Shown here one piece after another: positions 17,897 to 27,022 of a stretch of 64,000 nt of DNA. The notes under the pieces are model-generated. The model had not been told where the DNA came from and did no database searches. It worked only from the letters and a program-made list of their open reading frames with translations. Both the position numbers and the translations under genes were made by a program. Numbering within the stretch: position 1 is the first letter of the stretch; each line of letters opens with the position of its first letter. Source of the DNA: Clostridia bacterium (GTDB lineage Bacteria; Bacillota; Clostridia; Christensenellales; CAG-138); assembly GCA_017614315.1 (NCBI GenBank), contig JAGACA010000007.1:68433-132432 (forward strand), read 5' to 3'.

Positions 17897-18316
17897 ATGA
17901 TCGTAACATTCTGCGGGCACAGGGAAGTGCAGGAGCCGGAAAAGGTTCGGAAGTGGCTCCTTGAAACGGTTGAAAGGCTAATCATGGAAGGAGCAGACTG
18001 TTTCTATCTCGGTGGATACGGCCAGTTCGATACCATAGCTGCGGACGTCATTCGGGAGCTAAAGCAAAAATACAAGCACATCAAATCAGTGCTTGTATTG
18101 CCGTACATCGATAGGGAATATGATTCGAGCGGATACGATGAATCGATCTATCCTCCGCTTGAAATTGTTCCGAGGCGATATGCCATCTCAAAACGAAATG
18201 AGTACATGGTCGATAATGCCGACATCGTTATTGCGTATGTCATTTTCAGCTTCGGAGGAGCATATTCATCCTTATGCTACTCTGAAAGGAAAAGGAAGCG
18301 CATTATTCGTTATTAG
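17897..18316 (+). CDS. SLOG/DUF1273-like protein
   Basis: 139 aa. MIVTFCGHRE...FYLGGYGQFDTIAADV...ISKRNEYMVDNADIVIAYV matches the DUF1273 (SLOG superfamily) pattern common on Firmicutes mobile elements. Confidence 0.6.
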   Translation: MIVTFCGHREVQEPEKVRKWLLETVERLIMEGADCFYLGGYGQFDTIAADVIRELKQKYKHIKSVLVLPYIDREYDSSGYDESIYPPLEIVPRRYAISKRNEYMVDNADIVIAYVIFSFGGAYSSLCYSERKRKRIIRY

Positions 18317-18995
18317 TCTCAGTACGATCCTTCTTTTGCTTACGAGCCGCTTTCTTCAAATAATGGTTTTCCCATGTGTACTTATCCATCAAGAATGGAT
18401 ATTTGCCACCGATGATCTCATCTTCTGAAAGCTCATAATACACCTTTTGATTATTCAAGACATCATAAAGCCACCATTTTGCACAGGGGCAAGGGAACAT
18501 TATGAATATGTTCTTGAACCTATTTGTATTGATGTAATCTATTCTTATTTCCTCGAAAAGTTCAGCTCTTCTTGAATCAAGGATTGAGGAAAGATAAGAG
18601 CCGGAATAATCGGAAAGCCAATTGGTCAATTCGAGCGGAAACAGAATGCATAGATGCACATTCGGGACACAATACGCCTTTTTCGCTTTTTCTTCGAGTC
18701 TATGTTTTATATAGATAATCGCATCGCGTTCAACATCATCCGAGTTATAAGTGCCTTCTTTTAGCCTTTGAATGAAACTGTCAAGCTTCTTCTTGTCTGA
18801 TGCAATTGTGAATTCGATAGGAATGCTATCGCAAAAGTAATCGGGCTCCTTCTTATTAGGATCACCTTGATTCCATTCTTTGCCTTCCAGAAAATACGAA
18901 AGAAGCCTTTGAATGAAAGGCTCGTTTATCTCTTTGTTAAAAAACCCATGCGGAAAATACGCTATTTTCGATGATGGTGTCTTAGGTTTACACAT
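18303..18995 (-). CDS. Hypothetical protein (230 aa), last gene of the 4-gene operon
   Basis: Long ORF with no motif I recognise and no obvious RBS at the annotated ATG. Its 3' end overlaps the convergent SLOG gene by 14 nt. Confidence 0.45.
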   Translation of the reverse strand: MCKPKTPSSKIAYFPHGFFNKEINEPFIQRLLSYFLEGKEWNQGDPNKKEPDYFCDSIPIEFTIASDKKKLDSFIQRLKEGTYNSDDVERDAIIYIKHRLEEKAKKAYCVPNVHLCILFPLELTNWLSDYSGSYLSSILDSRRAELFEEIRIDYINTNRFKNIFIMFPCPCAKWWLYDVLNNQKVYYELSEDEIIGGKYPFLMDKYTWENHYLKKAARKQKKDRTETNNE

Positions 18996-19028
18996 AATTG
19001 ACTAATTGATTTTGCTCGTTTAGTATGG

Positions 19029-19508
19029 TTAGTTGTTCCTGATACCGATTTCCCATTTGCTAATGGGGTGATCTGCTTTTATGCGGTCCTGGGAAGAAAT
19101 ACGTTTATCTTCTTCAAGTAACTTGTTAAGCGTGCGAGAATACCAGCCGTTCTTTGTCCGCTTGCAATCCTTCAACCAATCACAAGGACCGTTGTAAACT
19201 TCAAATACAGAACCATCTTGTTTCCGCAGAAAAAGGACCAATAGATGTTCGGGAATATCGTTAATATCGACAGAGTTCCCTTGAGTTATTTTTATTTGAA
19301 CTTTCTTTCCGTCTTTTACGCCATCATAAGTCTTGGTGTTGTTGGGGGCAAGATCAACGCCATAGTAATAATTGGCTAGTGCCTCGCCTATGCTTCCAAG
19401 CAAATGACCATCCAGCGTAAATTTTCTTCCGGGGAAGCGTTCTTCGAAGTCGCGTACAATTTCCAGTAATTCGGATACCTTTTGTATTATGTAATCATAA
19501 TTTCCCAT
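19029..19508 (-). CDS. Hypothetical protein (159 aa) with possible restriction-endonuclease-like D..E..QxK core
   Basis: FTLDGHLLGSIGEALANYYYG ... DGKKVQIKITQG resembles small PD-(D/E)XK-like domains. Weak call, by eye only. Confidence 0.45.
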   Translation of the reverse strand: MGNYDYIIQKVSELLEIVRDFEERFPGRKFTLDGHLLGSIGEALANYYYGVDLAPNNTKTYDGVKDGKKVQIKITQGNSVDINDIPEHLLVLFLRKQDGSVFEVYNGPCDWLKDCKRTKNGWYSRTLNKLLEEDKRISSQDRIKADHPISKWEIGIRNN

Positions 19509-19543
19509 ATTCGAACAGATTCCTTCTCATACGTTTATAATTC

Positions 19544-20491
19544 TCATCTGGTAGTAATAGAGTTTGCTATCTCGATAATATTTGCAAAATCCGTCAGCTC
19601 TTTTATTGCATCAAAACATTGAGCCAGTTCGTCTTTGTCAACAAATTCAAAGCCTTTCATAATGCTCAGCTTCGGAACATGAATGCGGATTATTGCGGAT
19701 TTTGTGGCCTTCACAACAGTTGCATTCGAGATCTTATGCTGTCTTGCCCATTCCGCAATTACCTTTGCACGATCGATTTTGTCCGAGGCCTTCGGGAATG
19801 TCAGATCCACATATCCTTCCTGGATCTTATGATTGATATAAACATACCCGAGATCCGTGCGGAAGTCAGTCCACCATCCGTTCTTGTCCTCCTTTGTGCT
19901 GAGATCCAATGAAGGATAGTATTCCTTCTGATAACGGATGTACTGCCTCAGGAAGGCATTGGCCTTTTCGTCGATATTGATAACAGGAGGCTTCTTTGCT
20001 TTGGATATTGCTTCTTCTATCTGTCTGGCACGGAATGCACTCAGCGGATCGGCTTTGATGTCAAAATACGCTTTACATTCCTCATAAGTCAAAAGGTGCT
20101 CATAAAGCTTTGCTTCATCATTGTTCTTGTAGTACTTCTCGGGACAGAATATGAAAACCCTGAAATCTTTGTATTCGCCAGCCTTTACTCCTTTTTTTCC
20201 GCGCTTAATGTATCTGCCGTGCTGCTCGGGCATTGCCAGCGCATCGATCTTATCTTCGATCAGCAGCCCGTATTTGTTTCCCTCGATCTCGATAACAACG
20301 GTAATATCGGACTCGCCAAGATTACTGTCGGTTTTTGACAGTTCTGCGCAAACGATCTGAAAGGGCTTTCCCTTCAAATCTGTTTTTTCGACCAATAAAT
20401 TGCAAAACCCGGGATCGGTCAATACTGATTCCGCAAACAGGAGATCCATATCCCTTTCGGTTATAGTGTTGTTGAACTTTAGCGAGATCAT
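19544..20491 (-). CDS. PD-(D/E)XK nuclease superfamily protein
   Basis: Start re-set to the ATG at 20491 (GGAGAG 8 nt upstream). ERDMDLLFAE ... DITVVIEIEGNKYGLLIEDKIDALAMPEQHGRY follows the E..D..(I/L)E(D/N)K..A....Q..RY pattern of this family. Confidence 0.7.
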   Translation of the reverse strand: MISLKFNNTITERDMDLLFAESVLTDPGFCNLLVEKTDLKGKPFQIVCAELSKTDSNLGESDITVVIEIEGNKYGLLIEDKIDALAMPEQHGRYIKRGKKGVKAGEYKDFRVFIFCPEKYYKNNDEAKLYEHLLTYEECKAYFDIKADPLSAFRARQIEEAISKAKKPPVINIDEKANAFLRQYIRYQKEYYPSLDLSTKEDKNGWWTDFRTDLGYVYINHKIQEGYVDLTFPKASDKIDRAKVIAEWARQHKISNATVVKATKSAIIRIHVPKLSIMKGFEFVDKDELAQCFDAIKELTDFANIIEIANSITTR

Positions 20492-20516
20492 TATTTCACT
20501 CTCCATCGTATTGTTT

Positions 20517-20801
20517 CTATACTTCAAATCTTTCAATGACAGTGTCTTTCACATAGATCGGCTTAAGTTCCTTTAACCGACCGAAGTGCTCCGTTGCGGC
20601 GTGCGCGGTAAGGGCACCTTCGTCCCGCCACTTTTCAACAAGAAGGAGCTCGTCGCTGCCGTCAAAGGGGATGTAATAATCGTACTTGATATTCCCATCT
20701 TCTGCGCGGGAGGCCTTGTCGATGCCCTCGGCGATTATCCTTTCAAGGAAATCCTCGCGCATATCCGGCTTGCACCTGTAAGTAACGTTCAATACTATCA
20801 T
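20517..20801 (-). CDS. ABM (antibiotic-biosynthesis-monooxygenase-like) small ferredoxin-fold protein
   Basis: 94 aa. MIVLNVTYRCKPDMREDFLE...LLLVEKWRDEGALTAHAATEHF is the typical ABM-domain pattern. Strong RBS GGGAGGA. Confidence 0.7.
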   Translation of the reverse strand: MIVLNVTYRCKPDMREDFLERIIAEGIDKASRAEDGNIKYDYYIPFDGSDELLLVEKWRDEGALTAHAATEHFGRLKELKPIYVKDTVIERFEV

Positions 20802-20848
20802 ATTATCCTCCCGAGTTTCTGACTGTTGGAATGGCTTGGCTAATGGTC

Positions 20849-20877
20849 ATTATAGCATAAGAGTTGGATCCTTTGAA
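20849..20877 (-). promoter_or_regulatory. Promoter of the ABM-nuclease-159aa-230aa operon
   Basis: On the minus strand: TTCAAA (20872-20877), 17 nt spacer, TATAAT (20849-20854), preceded by TGC (extended -10 TGCTATAAT). Confidence 0.55.
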
Positions 20878-20930
20878 GTTCATTTAAGGATGACATTGCC
20901 GATATCTATTACCTCGAAACTGCGTCTCTG

Positions 20931-23900
20931 TTACTTCGCACTCGTGGCGAGTTCTGCGGTAATCGAGAACTCTTTCTTGCAAAGCACAGAGAAGGAATCG
21001 CTTATCTCTCCATCAACGATAAAGTTGTCGAGGATGATTATCTCCGGTTCTGCGTCGAATACATTGCCGACATAATAGATGCGATACGAATTAGGATTGT
21101 CCATTGCGGTTCTGTATTCGTTATCGCTGAGCTGGAAACGTATTCCCTCAAATACTGACGTCTTAGATGCTTTGACCTCGATCAGGAACCTGTTGCCGTC
21201 TTTATCAAATACTTCAAAGTCGTATCCGAGACCAGCCTTGCCTTCCGGACATACCTTTGCTTTCTTGGCGTTCTCCGAAAGCCAATTAACCCTTTCATAT
21301 TCACCTGACTTTTTAAGCTCATCGTAAACGAGTTGCTCACCCTTCAATCCGGTTCGCTCATTCTCTTTGGAGCTTTCCTTTTTTATGAACCCGACCTTGC
21401 GGCCTCCAGAACTGGACGACGCTGAGAGCGGGGCCGCTGTTATAGGAACACCGGTGAGCATCCTAATTGTCTGATTTTGCGGTTCCTCTATTGGCGCCTC
21501 TTCCTTCACATGACTCTTCAGCAATTCTGAATAACGCTTGTTTAACTCACCGAATTCGCCATAATAAACCAAGCTCACATTTTCCTGCTCTGTAAGGAAT
21601 TCTTCCAATGCAGACTTGTCTTCCAACTTAGATTCCCATGCATCCAGATTCGCATTGTACAGAGAGACAAGGTTTACCGGCTCCGCTTCAAAGTTTATCC
21701 CAAGAGCTTTTTCTATTGCTTCATCCATGTCGAAATAGACTGTGTTCTCTACGGGTATGCGTATACTCCTAAAACCAGTAAGTGCCTTAACGAGGGTTTT
21801 CTTATCCTGCAAGGATCCTTTCTCTAATCTCCTAAAGCAAGAAACCTTATACTGATCTTCAAGTCTTGCCTTTCTTCGATCCACTTCTTCCTCGTAATAG
21901 GGACACAGATTAATCCTCTCAGACGGGATCTCCGCGTTATAATCGCTGACATCTACCCCGAGCGTCTTGAATAGACGAATAATGCTGCGTGCATTTGCAA
22001 TGCTGGAGAAGTCATCAAAATCCAACGCATCAGCGACAGATTTTTCTGCCGAGCAATCTCTGCCAGTTATTGTTGAAACGATCCGGACAAACTCTTCCTG
22101 AAGATCCTCGCTGAAATCCAGCGCTTCTTTAGCTCTAACGATTATTGATCTGCTTTCGATATCTTGAAGCAGTAGTTCCTCTCTGTCTTTGTTGTTGCCG
22201 AGGTTGAATAGCTCACGGAATTTCGACAATGACGAGGAAATATCAAGATTAGAGCAGAGAATATTCGCAATTGCCGATGCCAATGCCAAATTATGCCCCA
22301 TATTCCTTGAGACCGAGAAATCCTCCGGCACTTTTAAATATACATCGTGGTTTTCCCCTGTTATAAACTCATAGTCGTATAGTTCATAGACGCTTCCATC
22401 AAAACTCGATCTGAGCTCGGAACAGATCGTTATCGAAATATTGCTGATTTTTCTTGCCTCATCCTTGACATCAGAATCAGCTTTTATATCCGCCAACCTA
22501 TATGCAAATGCGAGCGGTACGAACCTCCTATACTCAAGGCTGAATTGGTCGTTTTCGGGATGTACTACCGGTGTTCCATATAGTTCTTCGTGAACTTCAA
22601 GTCGCTTCACACCAAGGTATTTTTCTACGACTTTTGCGCTTCTTCTGCTTGGAACACTCAACACATTGCACGATTCCAAAATACGCCTGCTAACGTTCTT
22701 TTCCGGCAAGTATCGTGCTTCACTCACAGGATAATAGCCATCGTCACATAAGACTTTACCTTCAGCAAAGAACCGGCCTCTCTCTTTGCACTGATCAATT
22801 TCAGAGTAAGTTTCATTGCTTGTAACAAACGCCTCGTACATTCTTGCAGCAATGCGCTCTGAATTCTCTTTATCAGGAAGCAGCATCAATACAGAATAAA
22901 TTGTATCAAGTGGCAATTCGGGGAATCCCCCTTCTCCGTATCCTTTTTTTACCCCCATGCTTTGCAATACCGAAGAGTACTTCTTTTTTTGATCACGCGG
23001 GTTCCCCTTAACGTTCTTTATGTAATCTGACACATTTGGGCTGACCAATATAGGGGAAAGGTCGCAGTCGCTTTCTAAATCAAGCATACAATTGCCCGGC
23101 AAGTATCGTTGACCGTTTGCTTCAATCCACGGAGTTGTGATAAAGCAATCATACAAATATGAGTAAGGCTCCGTAAGTTCTGGAAGCGTAACAGGCTCTC
23201 TCTTCCTGTCCCAAAGAATCTGAACTGCGTCCTTAACCGCAACCACGTCTTTTTTTGTAGATAGGATTTCTCTAAGCTTTGAATCGCTTAGAATCCACTC
23301 TATTATTGTTTCTGTTGAGCACTCATTAAGAATAATTGTCAGCTCATCGATTTCGTATCTATAAATCGCTATGCTGGTGAGTCGATACAACAAGTCATCT
23401 AAAGACTTAAACCTGTCCTTTCCGACAGGGAGGGGAAAATGTAGCTTTTCAAGCACCCTCTTTATGTACTCTTCTCTAAATCGATTATGCCGCCAATGCT
23501 TGTTAATGTAGATTCGAGGAAGCGCGGCAACACCAAATATGCCAAGGAAACGAATTATACTTTTGGCATCGATTCCCGTCGGTAAAATGTCCTTTATGTC
23601 AGATATAAGCAGTTCGGGATGCTTTTCAAACAACCTTTCACAAAGGTCATTACCATACTCTTTACCATAGTAGAGCTTGCTGGAAATAACGAACTCACCC
23701 TTCTTCGTCAGAAACGGAAAAGTTGTCCTGATCTTTTTATCGATAAAACTTCCTTGATTATTCCAAAACCATGCGATCATTCGCTTCCACTTAGTTTTTG
23801 CTTGTGAGGGCTTACTCGTTTTGATAATAGTATCAAAGCTCGTGCGTATGTGTTCAGTTATTCTTTCAAGGTTGAACTTCTTGATATTAAAGCGACTTAA

Positions 23901-25601
23901 GTCCTCGACATCATCAAATGTGTTTACATTGTCTCGATTGATATACTTAATCAAGAAATCTCGCATATAAGGATGAATAATCTCGAAATTGATGAAGCCC
24001 GGAAGTGTTTCAATTTCCATGTCTTCTTCGAGAAGAAAAGCGGGATTATCAGGGTTATATGGGATGGTCTTCCCTGCCGTATTGACAAAAAAGCCCGGGC
24101 AAATCGCTTTATTATAATAAATGCTCCACCTATACTGGTTATAGAACGCAAAAGCAAGTTTAACTCTGTTTCGAACTATTTCCTTGCCATTATCCGTTGT
24201 AAAGTCCGTTCCGTCTTGACGGGCCAGCTGCTTAGAAAGTATCTTGCTAATATACTCATAGTCATAAATCCTCCAATCATCATCTGCTACACTTTTTATG
24301 AAGTTTTCTCTATCGCTGCCTTCTTCAACATGCAAAAGGCACTGCTCGAACCCTTTCCCTCTTAAGCATTTTGCAAGCCCGTTGTTGTACCACTTGGTAT
24401 CATCAGTAAAGGATATGTATTTTCCATTTACATTTGGGAAAATCGATGCGTCCCTTGCGGCCTCAACAATGTAGGTGTCAAAATTCTTGATATCTGTAGC
24501 AAGAGTCCTTTGTGCAATAAGCAGATCGATGATATCGTAATTGCTGGTCTTTTGCCGTCCAACAGCCGTGGCAGTTTCGACTAACAGTTTTGCTGCAGCA
24601 CGCAGAATTGTTTCGTTAGTTTTTGATTTTATCAAATGATTTCGGCTCTGATCAAGCAAAAAGCTCGCATGTATTAAGAACTTCGGATAAGGGAAATCAA
24701 CGTTTGTCCGAAAATAACTATATACATGCTGTTCAGTTTGTGCTATTCCTTCGCTGCAATATGCAACAACAACATTGTAGCTTTTTTGTTTGGATTCGTC
24801 ATTATCATCTGCAACATAACCCTCGCAACGGTTTAGTGTCCAAGTCCTATCACTAATAATTGAGCCATTGACTGATTTCCTTAACTGAACCCTGTCCCCC
24901 TCGGTCGTCTTAGAATACCGGATCCTCATCTCCGGCATATCAATATCGACCTGCTCGGTTCTGTTCAGGAATAGGAGCAAGTTTTCATCAAGAGCCTCTA
25001 TCTGTTTCTTGATGTCCTCTGCAATGTCAGTATTATCCTTTACTTTGATCGAAACTGTAGTTGTGAAATCGCCTTGTGCACTGCAATCTTCAAGCCACTC
25101 CGGGAAAGCAAGCGTAGCGGAACAGACATTAGAAGGCAGTGTCCTTCCTACGCTTTCGAAAGTTGAAACGAGCTTTCTCTGAGAGTGTTCATCGGAGAAA
25201 CGCACATGAAGATCGCCGCTGTTTATGGTAACATAATCAGCCCAACTTAGAATGGATCTAAAGCCGGTGCCTTTGTTTCCTATCAAGTCCTTTTTCCTGT
25301 CTCGCTTTGAACTGGTGTTCGAGTACATAAGAGACTCGATACCTTCCTCAGAGAACGGTTCACCATAATTCGATATAGACAAAACGTTATTCTCGAATGA
25401 AATCAGAATATGCTTTGGCAGATTATCAATCGCTTCATCATCTGCATTTTGGATCAGTTCTAAAAGCTGTCTGCCGTTGTATGCCTCGATATCCGCTTTC
25501 TCTCTGGCAAAGTCGGATTTGATTTGTGAAGTTGATATACGGTAAATTTCTTGCCTTTTCTTAATCTCTATATCGATGTATTCCTTCATCGGATTGTTCA
25601 T
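20931..25601 (-). CDS. 1,556-aa NO VEIN/sacsin-like GHKL ATPase fused to a C-terminal DUF3883 restriction-endonuclease-like domain
   Basis: N-terminus has YNGRQLLELIQNADDEA, SNYGEPF, LIGNKGTGFRSILSWAD and FLIHASFLLDQSRNHL (sacsin-type Bergerat fold). C-terminus has GLKGEQLVYDELKK..GLGYDFEVFD..NRFLIEVKASKT..YRIYYV (DUF3883 pattern). About 1,000 aa in between carry no motif I recognise. Confidence 0.75.
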   Translation of the reverse strand: MNNPMKEYIDIEIKKRQEIYRISTSQIKSDFAREKADIEAYNGRQLLELIQNADDEAIDNLPKHILISFENNVLSISNYGEPFSEEGIESLMYSNTSSKRDRKKDLIGNKGTGFRSILSWADYVTINSGDLHVRFSDEHSQRKLVSTFESVGRTLPSNVCSATLAFPEWLEDCSAQGDFTTTVSIKVKDNTDIAEDIKKQIEALDENLLLFLNRTEQVDIDMPEMRIRYSKTTEGDRVQLRKSVNGSIISDRTWTLNRCEGYVADDNDESKQKSYNVVVAYCSEGIAQTEQHVYSYFRTNVDFPYPKFLIHASFLLDQSRNHLIKSKTNETILRAAAKLLVETATAVGRQKTSNYDIIDLLIAQRTLATDIKNFDTYIVEAARDASIFPNVNGKYISFTDDTKWYNNGLAKCLRGKGFEQCLLHVEEGSDRENFIKSVADDDWRIYDYEYISKILSKQLARQDGTDFTTDNGKEIVRNRVKLAFAFYNQYRWSIYYNKAICPGFFVNTAGKTIPYNPDNPAFLLEEDMEIETLPGFINFEIIHPYMRDFLIKYINRDNVNTFDDVEDLSRFNIKKFNLERITEHIRTSFDTIIKTSKPSQAKTKWKRMIAWFWNNQGSFIDKKIRTTFPFLTKKGEFVISSKLYYGKEYGNDLCERLFEKHPELLISDIKDILPTGIDAKSIIRFLGIFGVAALPRIYINKHWRHNRFREEYIKRVLEKLHFPLPVGKDRFKSLDDLLYRLTSIAIYRYEIDELTIILNECSTETIIEWILSDSKLREILSTKKDVVAVKDAVQILWDRKREPVTLPELTEPYSYLYDCFITTPWIEANGQRYLPGNCMLDLESDCDLSPILVSPNVSDYIKNVKGNPRDQKKKYSSVLQSMGVKKGYGEGGFPELPLDTIYSVLMLLPDKENSERIAARMYEAFVTSNETYSEIDQCKERGRFFAEGKVLCDDGYYPVSEARYLPEKNVSRRILESCNVLSVPSRRSAKVVEKYLGVKRLEVHEELYGTPVVHPENDQFSLEYRRFVPLAFAYRLADIKADSDVKDEARKISNISITICSELRSSFDGSVYELYDYEFITGENHDVYLKVPEDFSVSRNMGHNLALASAIANILCSNLDISSSLSKFRELFNLGNNKDREELLLQDIESRSIIVRAKEALDFSEDLQEEFVRIVSTITGRDCSAEKSVADALDFDDFSSIANARSIIRLFKTLGVDVSDYNAEIPSERINLCPYYEEEVDRRKARLEDQYKVSCFRRLEKGSLQDKKTLVKALTGFRSIRIPVENTVYFDMDEAIEKALGINFEAEPVNLVSLYNANLDAWESKLEDKSALEEFLTEQENVSLVYYGEFGELNKRYSELLKSHVKEEAPIEEPQNQTIRMLTGVPITAAPLSASSSSGGRKVGFIKKESSKENERTGLKGEQLVYDELKKSGEYERVNWLSENAKKAKVCPEGKAGLGYDFEVFDKDGNRFLIEVKASKTSVFEGIRFQLSDNEYRTAMDNPNSYRIYYVGNVFDAEPEIIILDNFIVDGEISDSFSVLCKKEFSITAELATSAK

Positions 25602-25660
25602 TGGTAATTACCCCCATCTATCAGAAGAGTTATCCGTCTGCTATAAATCACATCGGTTTA

Positions 25661-25948
25661 CTACGCTGCCTGCTGCATCTCATTCTTCTTGATCGTGAAC
25701 TTTAGGCTGCGCCTCTCATCGTCAACGATCACTTCATAGAGGATGTAATTCTCTCGCCTGCTCACTTCTTCAAAAGGACACGCGAGCACCCGGCCAAGGA
25801 GCGCTGTTAGATCGTCGAAGTCACGGGCGATGTTAAGCGTATAGAAAATGTATTCTATCCTGTTTTCGCAGTCCGGCTGCAGAGGAAGGCATCGCAAAGA
25901 TACGTTTTCTCCGTTTTCGTTAAGATAAATAATGTTGTTCTTAATCAT
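25661..25948 (-). CDS. Hypothetical 95-aa protein between WYL regulator 2 and the giant gene
   Basis: ORF with RBS AAAGGTG. No recognisable motif. Tightly spaced with both neighbours (20 nt and 59 nt). Confidence 0.5.
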   Translation of the reverse strand: MIKNNIIYLNENGENVSLRCLPLQPDCENRIEYIFYTLNIARDFDDLTALLGRVLACPFEEVSRRENYILYEVIVDDERRSLKFTIKKNEMQQAA

Positions 25949-25968
25949 ATGCTCACCTTTCTGCAGAC

Positions 25969-26988
25969 TCAGTTCTGCTCTTCTTCCTTTCCTTTGTTCA
26001 CGATCATTTCGAGATGATCCAGATACATCTTTCTAACTCTTTCGGGTTCGGTTATCGTAATGTCCGTACCGAACTGTGCCAACCAGCCGAAGAATGTCTT
26101 GCTGACCTGAACGTCGACTGTTGCTGTGCAGGTATTCTCATCGATCGTTTTCATGCGTAGGCTTTCGCCGAATTTATCTACGATCGGAGCAATTAGGTAT
26201 TTGCTGAATTGAAGCTTTACCTTTGCCTGCTCGCCATTGTGCATTCTGAACGCCTGTGAAGTGTATTTCGCTACGTTTTTCTGCTTTGCCAGCGCTTCTT
26301 TTGATATCTCGGAATCCTCTATCACATCAACAAAGTCCATTCGGTCTAACCGGTAATTTGATGTGTGTCCGGGGTACTTTGCATTGAAAGCCATGAGGTA
26401 GTAGTTGTCCTCGCTCAGGACAAGAGCGACTGGTTCTACCTGATACCTCCTCCGCGTTCCATCCTCCCGCGTGCGGAAAACCCGCTGCATATTAACGTCA
26501 AGGTCGAAATATGAAAACGCGATCTGTTTTCTCTTCTGTATGGCGCTTTCTATGTGATCGATGTTGTAGAGTATGGATTCGTTCGAATGCTTGCGGGTGT
26601 TGAATTCAGAGCGATACCTTTTTAACAATTGTTTTCGATGCGAGCCTCCGAGAGCAGCGATCTTGTCAACAATCTGATTGGTCTTTTTCGGCGTAATGAA
26701 ACTGGCCGCCTGCACCGAGTCTATCAGTATCTTCAATTCCGGTATTGAGAATTCGGTCTCGGGGATATAGTAGAACTTTTCATGATCCTGCATGAAACTA
26801 CACACCTCATAACCGGACTCATTTAGGAGTGCAACATCGCGGCTGATCGTTCTGGAGGAACATGGGACGCCTTGATCTCCGAGCCTGCGACAAAGCTCAT
26901 TGCGAGAAATAGGATGCTCTTCATCCGTTTCTTTCAGCAACAGCTCGTATAGCTTCAGCAAAATCAGTTTTGTCCCGTTTTCTGACAT
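25969..26988 (-). CDS. WYL-domain transcriptional regulator, copy 2
   Basis: Start re-set to the ATG at 26988 (GAGGGAGGAAG upstream). The track start at 27018 would lie upstream of the predicted TSS. Full-length collinear paralogue of 6324-7301. Confidence 0.8.
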   Translation of the reverse strand: MSENGTKLILLKLYELLLKETDEEHPISRNELCRRLGDQGVPCSSRTISRDVALLNESGYEVCSFMQDHEKFYYIPETEFSIPELKILIDSVQAASFITPKKTNQIVDKIAALGGSHRKQLLKRYRSEFNTRKHSNESILYNIDHIESAIQKRKQIAFSYFDLDVNMQRVFRTREDGTRRRYQVEPVALVLSEDNYYLMAFNAKYPGHTSNYRLDRMDFVDVIEDSEISKEALAKQKNVAKYTSQAFRMHNGEQAKVKLQFSKYLIAPIVDKFGESLRMKTIDENTCTATVDVQVSKTFFGWLAQFGTDITITEPERVRKMYLDHLEMIVNKGKEEEQN

Positions 26989-27022
26989 TAATCTTCCTCC
27001 CTCGATATTAATCGTCATCTGA

